IMG/VR virus record: IMGVR_UViG_3300042323_000705
Location: 1-64,000 of that record
From: a virus
DNA length: 64,000 nucleotides
Strand: one strand, 5' to 3'
Of this stretch, positions 46,511-54,151 are shown in pieces. The position numbers and the translations under genes were made by a program. The notes below the pieces were generated by a model that was given only the letters and a program-made list of their open reading frames with translations, did not search any database and was not told the DNA's origin. Positions within the stretch are counted from its first letter, which is position 1, and every line of letters starts with the position of its first letter.

Positions 46511-46678
46511 TTATTCCTTTTTGATATAGCCGGGACATCCAACACTAAAGTCGGATTGAGCGATAGGTAGCCCAAAGTCATGAGCTTCCTTTGCTAGACC
46601 TTTGTACATAAAACGACGACAAGTCGTGTTTGCACAGTCTGACTTGCAAAAAGTCATATCTTTGTAGCAAAGTGCCAT
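46511..46678 (-). CDS. small Cys-rich protein (55 aa, MALCYKDMTFC...)
   Basis: Read by eye; TAATG coupling. Confidence 0.6.
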   Translation of the reverse strand: MALCYKDMTFCKSDCANTTCRRFMYKGLAKEAHDFGLPIAQSDFSVGCPGYIKKE

Positions 46679-46872
46679 TACTGTTTTGCTCCTCGCTTCA
46701 TACGGTCTTCTTCTTTAAAGATCAACTCATCGATCTGCCAACGATTGATACCCATATCGAGTAGAGCTGCATCACTCAAAGAGTTTAGCGTCTTAATTGT
46801 CTCTCGATGTTTACGCCAAGTTACCATGTAACGCCAGTAACGAACAAACACATTCTCAGTTAGTAACTTCAT
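46678..46872 (-). CDS. DUF1127 (YjiS-like) small protein
   Basis: WR..R.T...L..LSD..L.D.GI.R..I. Confidence 0.85.
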   Translation of the reverse strand: MKLLTENVFVRYWRYMVTWRKHRETIKTLNSLSDAALLDMGINRWQIDELIFKEEDRMKRGAKQ

Positions 46873-47089
46873 GATACACCTTTTTGATTAGAGTTAGATC
46901 GGGTTCGCCATAGACACCTATCAAGCTTCCTGTAAGAGAGTGGCCAGTTACAAGATCCTCAAAGACTTCGTCAACAAGAAAGTAGTGCTCATCCCAACTG
47001 TCTAGTAAGACTCCATTCATAGTAGTAGGTTCACGGAAAGCTTCCTGAGAACTTTTAATAACTACAATGTCTCCGGAATGAACTTTCAT
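46856..47089 (-). CDS. hypothetical protein
   Basis: ORF track. Confidence 0.55.
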   Translation of the reverse strand: MKVHSGDIVVIKSSQEAFREPTTMNGVLLDSWDEHYFLVDEVFEDLVTGHSLTGSLIGVYGEPDLTLIKKVYHEVTN

Positions 47090-47229
47090 CGACCTTGCCC
47101 TCGATAAGCTTTTGTTGCTCGACGTTTAGCTTTGTTCATTGAGCTTGTTTTCATAGCTCCTTGGTGAGTTGCCTGAGAAGTATGCTTATACTTGGGTTCA
47201 ACTCGGCTTAGACCACCTTTTTTGCTCAT
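47086..47229 (-). CDS. small basic protein ending YRGQGR (47 aa)
   Basis: Read by eye; ATGA overlaps on both sides. Confidence 0.65.
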   Translation of the reverse strand: MSKKGGLSRVEPKYKHTSQATHQGAMKTSSMNKAKRRATKAYRGQGR

Positions 47230-47414
47230 TGTGCTTTATCCTTCTTGAAGATGTGAATTAGTACTAGAGGCAATCCTACAAAGGCTACCAATGTAGTACC
47301 TAGGATAGACTTCAGCCCATCTTTGTGGATAGGTGACTGAGGTAAGCTGTAACTAGAGTAGAATACAGTAACAAGAACATTTAACACGATTAGTGCGGGT
47401 AGATAATCAAACAT
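47226..47414 (-). CDS. small two-TM membrane protein
   Basis: Two hydrophobic stretches. Confidence 0.55.
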   Translation of the reverse strand: MFDYLPALIVLNVLVTVFYSSYSLPQSPIHKDGLKSILGTTLVAFVGLPLVLIHIFKKDKAQ

Positions 47415-47697
47415 TATTCCATAGCCTTTTCTTTAGCCCCCGTGAGGGTAGCCATCTAACACAAACAAAAGTTTCTTTTTCTTCTTTAGGTTCTAGCTTA
47501 AAGGTTTTAAAGTTAGACTGAGGCATTTTTCTTTCAAACGTAACGAAAGAACCGATACCTCTTAGTACTGTGTTATTCCTTTCAACTAGACCCTCAGTAA
47601 TTGTTTCGAAGATTACATCGATAGCTCCTTTTATGGTTTCTGCTTTCAAGTGAGGAAAGTCTTTTCTTAATTTTAAATATAAATCTGTTTTCGTCAA
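47407..47697 (-). CDS. HU/IHF-like DNA-binding protein
   Basis: MTK.DL...IFE.I...L.....LRG.GSF...R...V.W.PS..LK. Confidence 0.8.
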   Translation of the reverse strand: MTKTDLYLKLRKDFPHLKAETIKGAIDVIFETITEGLVERNNTVLRGIGSFVTFERKMPQSNFKTFKLEPKEEKETFVCVRWLPSRGLKKRLWNNV

Positions 47698-47708
47698 TAG
47701 GATATCCC

Positions 47709-49064
47709 ATGTCAGTTATTAAATTACATCGCGCCCAATCTGAGGTGATTCACCATTTGTTTAAACCAGTGGAGCCTAACACAGAAGATTGGAAGATGCG
47801 CTTTGCTGTAGTTGTTGGTTCTCGTGGTTTTGGCAAGTCTTATGTTTCTGGTGCTGCTGTTACTCTTGCAGTAGGTGAACTAGAAACGCTTAACGAATCT
47901 GTTCCCAACAAAAACATTGCTCTTCTATGCGGTAGCCATACACAGGTAACCGACATTTACTGGCCTATGCTAGCTTACCAGTTTGGACTTGAGAGTCGTT
48001 GTTGGAAGCATTCACGCAGTCTCGGTAAATTTATCTTTGCAAATGGTACAGAAATCCGTTGTTGGTCAGCAGACGCTTATGAACGACTTCGTGGTTCAGG
48101 TCAGTACTTAGTAATTTCAGACGAACTACCTTCTTGGAAAGTCCCCGGTGGATCAATCAAGGATGCGTGGGAGTCTGTTATCGAGCCTTGTGTTATTACT
48201 CGTTGGAGTCCAAAGCAGGCAGCTGCAGTAGGCGCTCCTAGCCCTGGACGTGCACTTCTTCCAAGTACGCCTCTTGGTAAAGACTACTTTTATGATCTTG
48301 CTCAACGTGAGCATATCGACGATCGTTGGAAGACTTTTTCTTACTCCTACAAAGACAGCCCACTGTTGTCTGAAGAAGAAATTGAGAAGGCTAAGAAGCA
48401 TAGCGATCCTCTAAAGTTTGCTCGTGAATATGAAGCAAGCTTCGAAGAGTCTGGTCTAACGCTGTTCCATACATTTTCTCGTAAACTCCATGTTGATCCT
48501 GATTTACCTTACTTTGAGGAAGATGAAACAGTACACTGTGCTATCGACTTTAACATCATGCTTAACGCTACAAGCTTCCACGCTATTCGAGGTGGACAAG
48601 TGCATACTCTTGACGAGTCAAAAGGCACGGCTAACACTGAGGAACTTGCCCGTCTCATTCGTTCCAAATTCCCTAAAAATAAGATCGTCTGCTATCCAGA
48701 CCCTGCTGGGAAGGCCCGGAAGACGTCTGCAGCTGTGGGCGTGACAGACTTCAGCATACTCCGCGAGGCGGGATTTACCGTACTGGCGAAAGACAAAGCT
48801 CCCGCTATTGTTGATAGTGTGGCTGCTGTTAATCGGAAACTCCTTAATGCTGATGGTGATGTAGACATGCTGATTCATCCTCGTTGTACTGGGTTAATCA
48901 GTTCTTTTGAGCGTACTAGCTGGCTTGAAAACCGACCAGAAACAGCTACAATTGACAAGACTCAAGGTGTAGAGCACTACACTGACGGAGTTCGTTATTT
49001 TGTAGACTATCTCTGGCCGATTGTTCATTCAAGACCTAGTATTGTTGTTAGCTCAATGTTCTAA
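47709..49064 (+). CDS. terminase large subunit
   Basis: Walker A GSRGFGKS, Walker B VISDE, STP coupling motif, F.REY.A.F, nuclease IDFN, YPDPAG, H..DG.RY. Confidence 0.93.
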   Translation: MSVIKLHRAQSEVIHHLFKPVEPNTEDWKMRFAVVVGSRGFGKSYVSGAAVTLAVGELETLNESVPNKNIALLCGSHTQVTDIYWPMLAYQFGLESRCWKHSRSLGKFIFANGTEIRCWSADAYERLRGSGQYLVISDELPSWKVPGGSIKDAWESVIEPCVITRWSPKQAAAVGAPSPGRALLPSTPLGKDYFYDLAQREHIDDRWKTFSYSYKDSPLLSEEEIEKAKKHSDPLKFAREYEASFEESGLTLFHTFSRKLHVDPDLPYFEEDETVHCAIDFNIMLNATSFHAIRGGQVHTLDESKGTANTEELARLIRSKFPKNKIVCYPDPAGKARKTSAAVGVTDFSILREAGFTVLAKDKAPAIVDSVAAVNRKLLNADGDVDMLIHPRCTGLISSFERTSWLENRPETATIDKTQGVEHYTDGVRYFVDYLWPIVHSRPSIVVSSMF

Positions 49065-49276
49065 TTAACACCAAGTACTTTTCGGATCTCTTTTTGTTGG
49101 TGTTGTTTACCAAGGTTGTACATATCACGCAAAGCCGAGACTACTACTTTAGATTGTTCTAAAGGAATCCTTCCAGATTGGAAGTAGTAGATTTTAGCAT
49201 GTTGAGTTCCCTCTGCACGAGGATCGGGATTTTCAACGTAAACTTCTCCTGCATGGTAGTCAAATATGATAGTCAT
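49061..49276 (-). CDS. hypothetical protein
   Basis: SD GGGAG; convergent overlap with terminase stop. Confidence 0.55.
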   Translation of the reverse strand: MTIIFDYHAGEVYVENPDPRAEGTQHAKIYYFQSGRIPLEQSKVVVSALRDMYNLGKQHQQKEIRKVLGVN

Positions 49277-49317
49277 AGGTCTCTCCCAGGTTGAAGAAAA
49301 AAGTGAAGTAATAAGAT

Positions 49318-49345
49318 GGGGGGCGCGAAGCCCCCCGTTTTATTT
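49318..49345 (+). terminator. terminator closing the large-terminase island
   Basis: GGGGGGC-GCGAA-GCCCCCC-GTTTTATTT, nearly identical to 45644. Confidence 0.75.
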
Positions 49346-49526
49346 ATACGTGTCGAAACACCAAACGTTTTTGATCGTCTGATGCTTCGGGTAGACTACA
49401 AAGCTTTGCAGCTTTTCGTTGATAAGTCGTCCACTCGATATTCCATAGTAGTTTTTTCTTATTAAGAACTTTTCTTTCAATAGACATCATTTTGCGAATG
49501 TAATATGACAACTCAATCAGATGCAT
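49344..49526 (-). CDS. hypothetical protein
   Basis: SD AAGGAG. Confidence 0.55.
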   Translation of the reverse strand: MHLIELSYYIRKMMSIERKVLNKKKLLWNIEWTTYQRKAAKLCSLPEASDDQKRLVFRHV

Positions 49527-49544
49527 TGTTTTGCTCCTTGTATT

Positions 49545-49814
49545 TCACAGGTTAGCTTTTTTAGACATGAGGTAAGTTTCTAGCTCGTTACTAAGTTTTT
49601 CGAGCTCTGCTTGCTTTTTATTTTTTATTTTTTCTACTTCTCTAGTAAAGTTAGCTCTTACTTCTTGTTTAGCCTTTCTATACTTTTCTAGCATAGCTTC
49701 TAATTCGTCTGTTATAGGGTAACTTGAGTTGTCAATTAAAAAGTCAATTGGCCCTGCAATGATCTTGTCGTACTTTTCTGTGTTTGTTTCTTTCCGAGAG
49801 AAAAAACTAAACAT
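49545..49814 (-). CDS. coiled-coil hypothetical protein
   Basis: SD AAGGA. Confidence 0.6.
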   Translation of the reverse strand: MFSFFSRKETNTEKYDKIIAGPIDFLIDNSSYPITDELEAMLEKYRKAKQEVRANFTREVEKIKNKKQAELEKLSNELETYLMSKKANL

Positions 49815-49833
49815 GGGTTTTCCTTTGTTGAAT

Positions 49834-49925
49834 TGGTAGAAGTGCCGAGTTTCGATCTCGGTCCAGAACAGTCATCTACTGCTAAAGGGATTATAAGGCC
49901 CTCCTGCGTCCCAACGCCCACTTCC
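49834..49925 (-). tRNA. non-canonical tRNA-like RNA, anticodon UAU (Ile-type), 92 nt
   Basis: Acceptor GGAAGTG/CACTTCT + A-CCA; D arm GCGT-TGGG-ACGC; loop CT-TAT-AA; long V arm; T arm CCGAG-ATCGAAA-CTCGG. Confidence 0.75.
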
Positions 49926-49930
49926 ATACT

Positions 49931-50107
49931 TTAACGATGATCCTTTGACTTTGGTTTAGCACGTTTATGCTTTTGAGTTTGGTATGTGCTAGTTGCACGA
50001 GTATGTTTGCGCCCTTTACGAAGATCACCACCTGCACAACAGCGACAGTGAGGGCGAACACCAAGACGAACGTCACAGTTAGCTTTTTCGTGATTTCCTG
50101 AATCCAT
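49931..50107 (-). CDS. small Cys-rich basic protein (58 aa, MDSGNHEKANC...)
   Basis: Read by eye; SD AAGAGG, stop 5 nt before the tRNA-like RNA. Confidence 0.55.
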   Translation of the reverse strand: MDSGNHEKANCDVRLGVRPHCRCCAGGDLRKGRKHTRATSTYQTQKHKRAKPKSKDHR

Positions 50108-50120
50108 GTTAGCCTCTTAG

Positions 50121-50687
50121 CTATATCTCATTTAGTTTAGCAAATTCACCATGGTATTTTAAAGCTGCTTCGTTATAAGCTTTTGCAGCTTCTATTAGGT
50201 CTTCAAAATAACCAATATGTTTAGTTATCGTATTTATCATTACTCTAGCTTGCCATTTTTCTTTTTCTTTATTCCAATGAACACCTTTATACCCAGAAGT
50301 ATTATTTTTAGGTTTTTTAGAATTTCTAGAATTTTCTTTTTGATTAGCTAACCTTAAATTCTCTAGTTTATTGTTAGAAGGATTCCCATCTATATGATCA
50401 ATATAGTATCCTTCAGGTATAGGACCATTAAACATTTGCCAGATTATCCTATGAACTCTAAAAGGACTACCTGCAATTGTTACTTCGAAATAGACTTTAC
50501 TGCTCTTATTTCCAGCAAGATCTCCTACTTTTTTATTATTACACATAGGATGAACAATTTTCCAGTAAATTTCTCCATTTTTATACTCAAAAATTTCATT
50601 AAGAGGTTTATTAAGAAATTCATTTTTTAACTGTTCTGCTTTTTGTTTTTTAATTTCATTATTTTTATGTAAATGTTCCCATCCCAT
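50121..50687 (-). CDS. HNH homing endonuclease with AP2 domain
   Basis: HRIIW...IDHIDG...NN...NLR, N...NTSGYKGV.W...KW.A...IGYF....EAA.AY...A...HGEFA; very AT-rich. Confidence 0.92.
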   Translation of the reverse strand: MGWEHLHKNNEIKKQKAEQLKNEFLNKPLNEIFEYKNGEIYWKIVHPMCNNKKVGDLAGNKSSKVYFEVTIAGSPFRVHRIIWQMFNGPIPEGYYIDHIDGNPSNNKLENLRLANQKENSRNSKKPKNNTSGYKGVHWNKEKEKWQARVMINTITKHIGYFEDLIEAAKAYNEAALKYHGEFAKLNEI

Positions 50688-50704
50688 ATTAGTTTCCTTT
50701 TTAA

Positions 50705-50780
50705 TGGCAGCTCCGGGGTGAATTGCACACCCGACCTAGAATTTAGAAGATTCTTGCTCTGTCTGCTGAGCTACGGAGCC
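50705..50780 (-). tRNA. tRNA-Arg(UCU), 76 nt
   Basis: GGCTCCG/CGGAGCT, D stem GCTC/GAGC, AGAAT-CTTCTAA-ATTCT, T arm GGGTG-TGCAATT-CACCC, G-CCA. Confidence 0.88.
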
Positions 50781-50786
50781 ATACCT

Positions 50787-50809
50787 TTCTGCTTTAGCGT
50801 TAAGAGGTG
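50787..50809 (-). promoter_or_regulatory. putative phage RNAP promoter (tRNA locus)
   Basis: CACCTCTTAACGCTAAAGCAGAA ending 6 nt before the tRNA-Arg 5' end. Confidence 0.75.
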
Positions 50810-50852
50810 AGAAGGCCAGCCATTAGTCACACAGCCAGCCTTCTCAAGTTTA

Positions 50853-51035
50853 TTACTGCATAGTCTCTACGATCTTGTCGATACGTTGATGCAGTCCTTC
50901 AAGTGTAGTCACAATTTCTTTCGTTGAAGTCCACTCATCGTCTTCATCTTTGCCTGAGTAGTTTAGGACAAAGCCGTTACTAACGATTTCAACATCAAAA
51001 GTTTCTACTTTTTTAGTTACAGGTTTCTTAGCCAT
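50853..51035 (-). CDS. hypothetical protein
   Basis: ..NGF.L...G pattern; SD GGAG. Confidence 0.55.
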   Translation of the reverse strand: MAKKPVTKKVETFDVEIVSNGFVLNYSGKDEDDEWTSTKEIVTTLEGLHQRIDKIVETMQ

Positions 51036-51368
51036 TTATGTCTCCAGTTTGTCAAGAGCAAACCACCACAGTTTCAACCGGGTGTTTGCATGTGATGTTT
51101 TAGTTGCCCACTTAGTGGATTTAAAACCAATGTCTTTCAAGAAGGCATTAGCTTTTACTTGTTTGTCGTTGGTAAAGGCTGTAACCATAGCCTTTCCTTC
51201 GTTTTTAAGCTTTAGCATTTCATTTAGCAAAGCTTCTTTAGTTTCTTCAACTTTCATGCCTGGATAGTTATAATCAGCTCCTTGAGCAGGAACTCCATCA
51301 CCATCAAAGCGAAAGCTAGACAGGACCACAGCAGTACAGCACGAGGCTACGTTATCTACTTTCATCAC
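51036..51368 (-). CDS. hypothetical protein, possibly degenerate GNAT fold
   Basis: CC...A.T...Q......L...GF layout. Confidence 0.45.
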   Translation of the reverse strand: MMKVDNVASCCTAVVLSSFRFDGDGVPAQGADYNYPGMKVEETKEALLNEMLKLKNEGKAMVTAFTNDKQVKANAFLKDIGFKSTKWATKTSHANTRLKLWWFALDKLET

Positions 51369-51964
51369 AGTTCTCCTACGACAAGACGCTTGCAGTTTTT
51401 AGCCGACAACTCAGAACAGTTATCTTGCTTAGTATCTAGCTCCGCTACAGTCCAAATTGTAGCGCCATACACAATAACATCATTCTGTTTCAGCTTATCC
51501 TTTTCAACAGTAGCATGACGAGGATTACCTGTTCCAGCCAACGGTACAAGTTTAACAGTATAAGGTTTCACTTCCTCAAGAGCATCTTTCTTAAATGCCT
51601 TGATAGCGTTGTTAGCGTCACCGCGAATCTCAAGTACTAGCTCACCAGCAGTATTGGTACCGATGTGGATACCATACACTTCTTCACCGATAACTTTGAA
51701 TAGCTTAGACATGGTTTTCTTTTCCTCTTTTGTGTTGCCGATTACTGTGTAGTTGCTTAGGCTGTAGTTATCACCATCATACAAGGTACAATCGTTTAAA
51801 CCTTTAGTATTGTAGTCTTGACCTTCCCAACGTTCTAAGGGACGGCAACTTGCTGTGTCTGCTCTGTCATTTCTAAGATGAATCTTGTAGACTTCAAGAG
51901 GCACCTTGTTACGTCGATGCTTTAGAACATCACCTTCTTTTAGATACTTTAGTACTACTGCCAT
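51365..51964 (-). CDS. hypothetical protein
   Basis: ORF track. Confidence 0.6.
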   Translation of the reverse strand: MAVVLKYLKEGDVLKHRRNKVPLEVYKIHLRNDRADTASCRPLERWEGQDYNTKGLNDCTLYDGDNYSLSNYTVIGNTKEEKKTMSKLFKVIGEEVYGIHIGTNTAGELVLEIRGDANNAIKAFKKDALEEVKPYTVKLVPLAGTGNPRHATVEKDKLKQNDVIVYGATIWTVAELDTKQDNCSELSAKNCKRLVVGEL

Positions 51965-52182
51965 TTTACCCCCAAGGTGTCTTTCCCAAATACAACGTAA
52001 AAGGGATTAGTGATTGCTGATGGAGCCTCTGAATAGCTCATGTGTTCATGATGGTCCCAGTCGTCTTCGTTCCAAGCCTTGTGCTCCTTTATCAGGTTAA
52101 ACTCTGCTTTACTCATAGAACGTATGTTCGCCATAGCGTCCGATCCTTTTTCTAGTGTTAAAGAAACCTTTACGAGATCCAC
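51955..52182 (-). CDS. hypothetical protein (start probably near 52134)
   Basis: ORF track. Confidence 0.45.
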   Translation of the reverse strand: MDLVKVSLTLEKGSDAMANIRSMSKAEFNLIKEHKAWNEDDWDHHEHMSYSEAPSAITNPFYVVFGKDTLGVKWQ

Positions 52183-52465
52183 TGTGGAAAAACAAAGCTT
52201 CAGTACCAGGTAACTCTGTGTGACCCCAGTATACTTCTCCTGCCATGGTTACTGAGTCTAAGAAGACAGCTTCAGTAATAGGCAGGTCTTTGTCAGACCA
52301 AGCGAATTGTTTAGGCTGGTAGACTACCTCACAAATAGTTGCTGGGAAGTCTTCGTGTTTAACTCTGTTCATGATAACCTCAGCTACAAGTAACTGGGCT
52401 TCGATAGTTTCTGAACGAGCTTCGTGGTAGAGAGCTAGGGCTAAGCATAGTACGCTTTCTAGCAT
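52109..52465 (-). CDS. SleB-like cell wall hydrolase
   Basis: CLA.A.YHEAR.E...VA.VI.NRV....FP.TIC.VV.Q..QF.W, H.FY. Confidence 0.9.
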   Translation of the reverse strand: MLESVLCLALALYHEARSETIEAQLLVAEVIMNRVKHEDFPATICEVVYQPKQFAWSDKDLPITEAVFLDSVTMAGEVYWGHTELPGTEALFFHSGSRKGFFNTRKRIGRYGEHTFYE

Positions 52466-52479
52466 GCTACCTCCTTTGT

Positions 52480-52680
52480 TTAGAAAGGAATCAGTAGAGA
52501 CTCCACGTACTGCATGTGATTTTCACTCATCTCTGCTAGGTCTTCATCAGTTATCTCTTTCCAAGTTGAGTTGTCTAAGGAACGCTCGATGTGTCTCCAG
52601 TCTCGACATCGATAGTACCAAACGGTTCCGTCGAACTCTGTGTAAGAGTTCAAAGGATCTATGCGGCAGTCGTTACACAT
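52480..52680 (-). CDS. hypothetical protein
   Basis: ORF track. Confidence 0.5.
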   Translation of the reverse strand: MCNDCRIDPLNSYTEFDGTVWYYRCRDWRHIERSLDNSTWKEITDEDLAEMSENHMQYVESLLIPF

Positions 52681-53089
52681 AGTTTATTGTCACTCCTGCT
52701 TCTTGTAGCATTGATCGTGCTACTGTGAAGTTACGATACCAAGAAGACCAAGGTTCAGGTGCAGGTGCTACTACTCTACTGATTCCTCGCTGTATAGCTA
52801 ACCCTGCACAAGTACTGCAGAGAAAGCTGGTACAGTAAAGAGTGGCTCCGTGGCAGTCGTTAGAGGAGAGAAGAGCATAAGTCTCTGCATGCACTACAAT
52901 TAGGTTCTTATACTCTTTGTCAGCCCAACGAGCATCGGTGTTAGCGATACCTTTAGGAAACTGGTTAAAGCCTCTAGTAAGGACTCTACCGTTTCTTGCA
53001 ACTACGCAACCTACTTTTTTGTTAGGATCTAGAGACCAAGAAGCTTGTTCTTGCGCTAGTCCAAAGTAGAACTGATCCTGATCATTCAT
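52673..53089 (-). CDS. dCMP deaminase-like protein
   Basis: S.DP..KVGCV, GFN..P.G, HAE, LYCT...C..C...I..GI..V. Confidence 0.88.
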   Translation of the reverse strand: MNDQDQFYFGLAQEQASWSLDPNKKVGCVVARNGRVLTRGFNQFPKGIANTDARWADKEYKNLIVVHAETYALLSSNDCHGATLYCTSFLCSTCAGLAIQRGISRVVAPAPEPWSSWYRNFTVARSMLQEAGVTINYV

Positions 53090-53262
53090 TCCAGTTCCTC
53101 TGTACAGTCACAGTCGTATACGTACTCAGACCAGATAGAGTCGTAACCAATGTCCATCTTAGCTTTCCATTCTCCTAGCGAAGTAGGGTCAAGCAGCAAA
53201 GAAAGACCAAACATAAACAGGATAGCCTTGTAGACTTGGTTGATGTACTCGTTCAGTCTCAT
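53086..53262 (-). CDS. small membrane protein (58 aa)
   Basis: Read by eye; ATGA overlaps on both sides. Confidence 0.5.
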   Translation of the reverse strand: MRLNEYINQVYKAILFMFGLSLLLDPTSLGEWKAKMDIGYDSIWSEYVYDCDCTEELE

Positions 53263-53669
53263 TTGTTTTCTCCTTTGATTTCTGCTATGAGGTCTTTGAT
53301 ACGTTTATTGTAAACTCCAGCACCACTGTGCATAGAGCTATTGTAACCTAATACTGATTTTAATAACTCTAGAGTCTTCTCGAGAAGTAGCTCCTTTTTG
53401 TGTAGTTTTTCAGCTAGTCGATCAGAAACAGCAGAGTGAGTCTTTATTGCTTCTTCAAGGTGATCTACTGGGCGTTCTCCTTCGTAGGCTTGCCAAAGTA
53501 AGTTGTAGTAACCTAGCTTGGCTTCAAGGGCTTCGATGCGATCGGCGCGGACGTATTCGATGCAAGGCTTATCGTTCAGCGTCTTGCCCTCGTTGTCGTC
53601 CCAATCGCCCTCGCTCCAATCGCCTTCGCGCCAAGGAGCAATCCAAATCCGTTCTGGTGCGTCAGTCAT
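53259..53669 (-). CDS. hypothetical protein, compositionally chimeric
   Basis: GC-rich 5' part (MTDAPERIW...EYVRAD), AT-rich 3' part. Confidence 0.65.
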   Translation of the reverse strand: MTDAPERIWIAPWREGDWSEGDWDDNEGKTLNDKPCIEYVRADRIEALEAKLGYYNLLWQAYEGERPVDHLEEAIKTHSAVSDRLAEKLHKKELLLEKTLELLKSVLGYNSSMHSGAGVYNKRIKDLIAEIKGENK

Positions 53670-53829
53670 AATGACACCCCAGTCTTCCGCAAATCATGCA
53701 GCGCGTTTCAAATACGATGTGACCGCGATCAGTGACATGGACTCGGCTAACCTTGTTTTTATGCAGACCAATCCAGTGCAGGAGTCTCCAAATCATTTCC
53801 CAGATTTGCCCGTTGTTGTAGTCAGTCAT
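53662..53829 (-). CDS. small protein (55 aa, MTDYNNGQIW...CMICG)
   Basis: Read by eye; ATGACTGA overlaps at both ends. Confidence 0.55.
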   Translation of the reverse strand: MTDYNNGQIWEMIWRLLHWIGLHKNKVSRVHVTDRGHIVFETRCMICGRLGCHYD

Positions 53830-54151
53830 CTCTTGCCTCTACATACTTCACGGCGATGCGGACATCGTGAGGGCTGACATAGCGAAGGGCGGCTTCTTTT
53901 GATGTGAAGGTCACCAAGCCGCCTCCTTTCGTCTCATTCACCCAGATCACCTTCGGCTCGACATGCTGTTTGACCACTTGGAAGGCGATGATATCTGCGT
54001 CACCATAGTCATGCCGCCATGAAATAAGTTTAGCCTGCCATAAAATAGGCAAACCCAAGTTTCTCCGCCACGCTCTAACCTCAGTCTCAGGATGCACAGG
54101 ACAGTCGCCACCGTTCCAGCCGTGGATTTTTCCGTCGTTGTAGTTGGTCAT
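53822..54151 (-). CDS. hypothetical protein (MTNYNDGKIHGWNGGDCPV...)
   Basis: SD GAGGAGG, ATG54151; W.GG.CPV...W.H.....DIIA pattern. Confidence 0.65.
   Translation of the reverse strand: MTNYNDGKIHGWNGGDCPVHPETEVRAWRRNLGLPILWQAKLISWRHDYGDADIIAFQVVKQHVEPKVIWVNETKGGGLVTFTSKEAALRYVSPHDVRIAVKYVEARDD

Noticed and set aside
47556-47578. Promoter copy upstream of TerL
   Set aside because: Only about 9 of 23 positions match contiguously and the initiation half is absent
49736-50076. Track ORFs 49736-49927 and 49891-50076
   Set aside because: They overlap the tRNA-like RNA; the frame 49931-50107 has a better SD and ends just before the RNA
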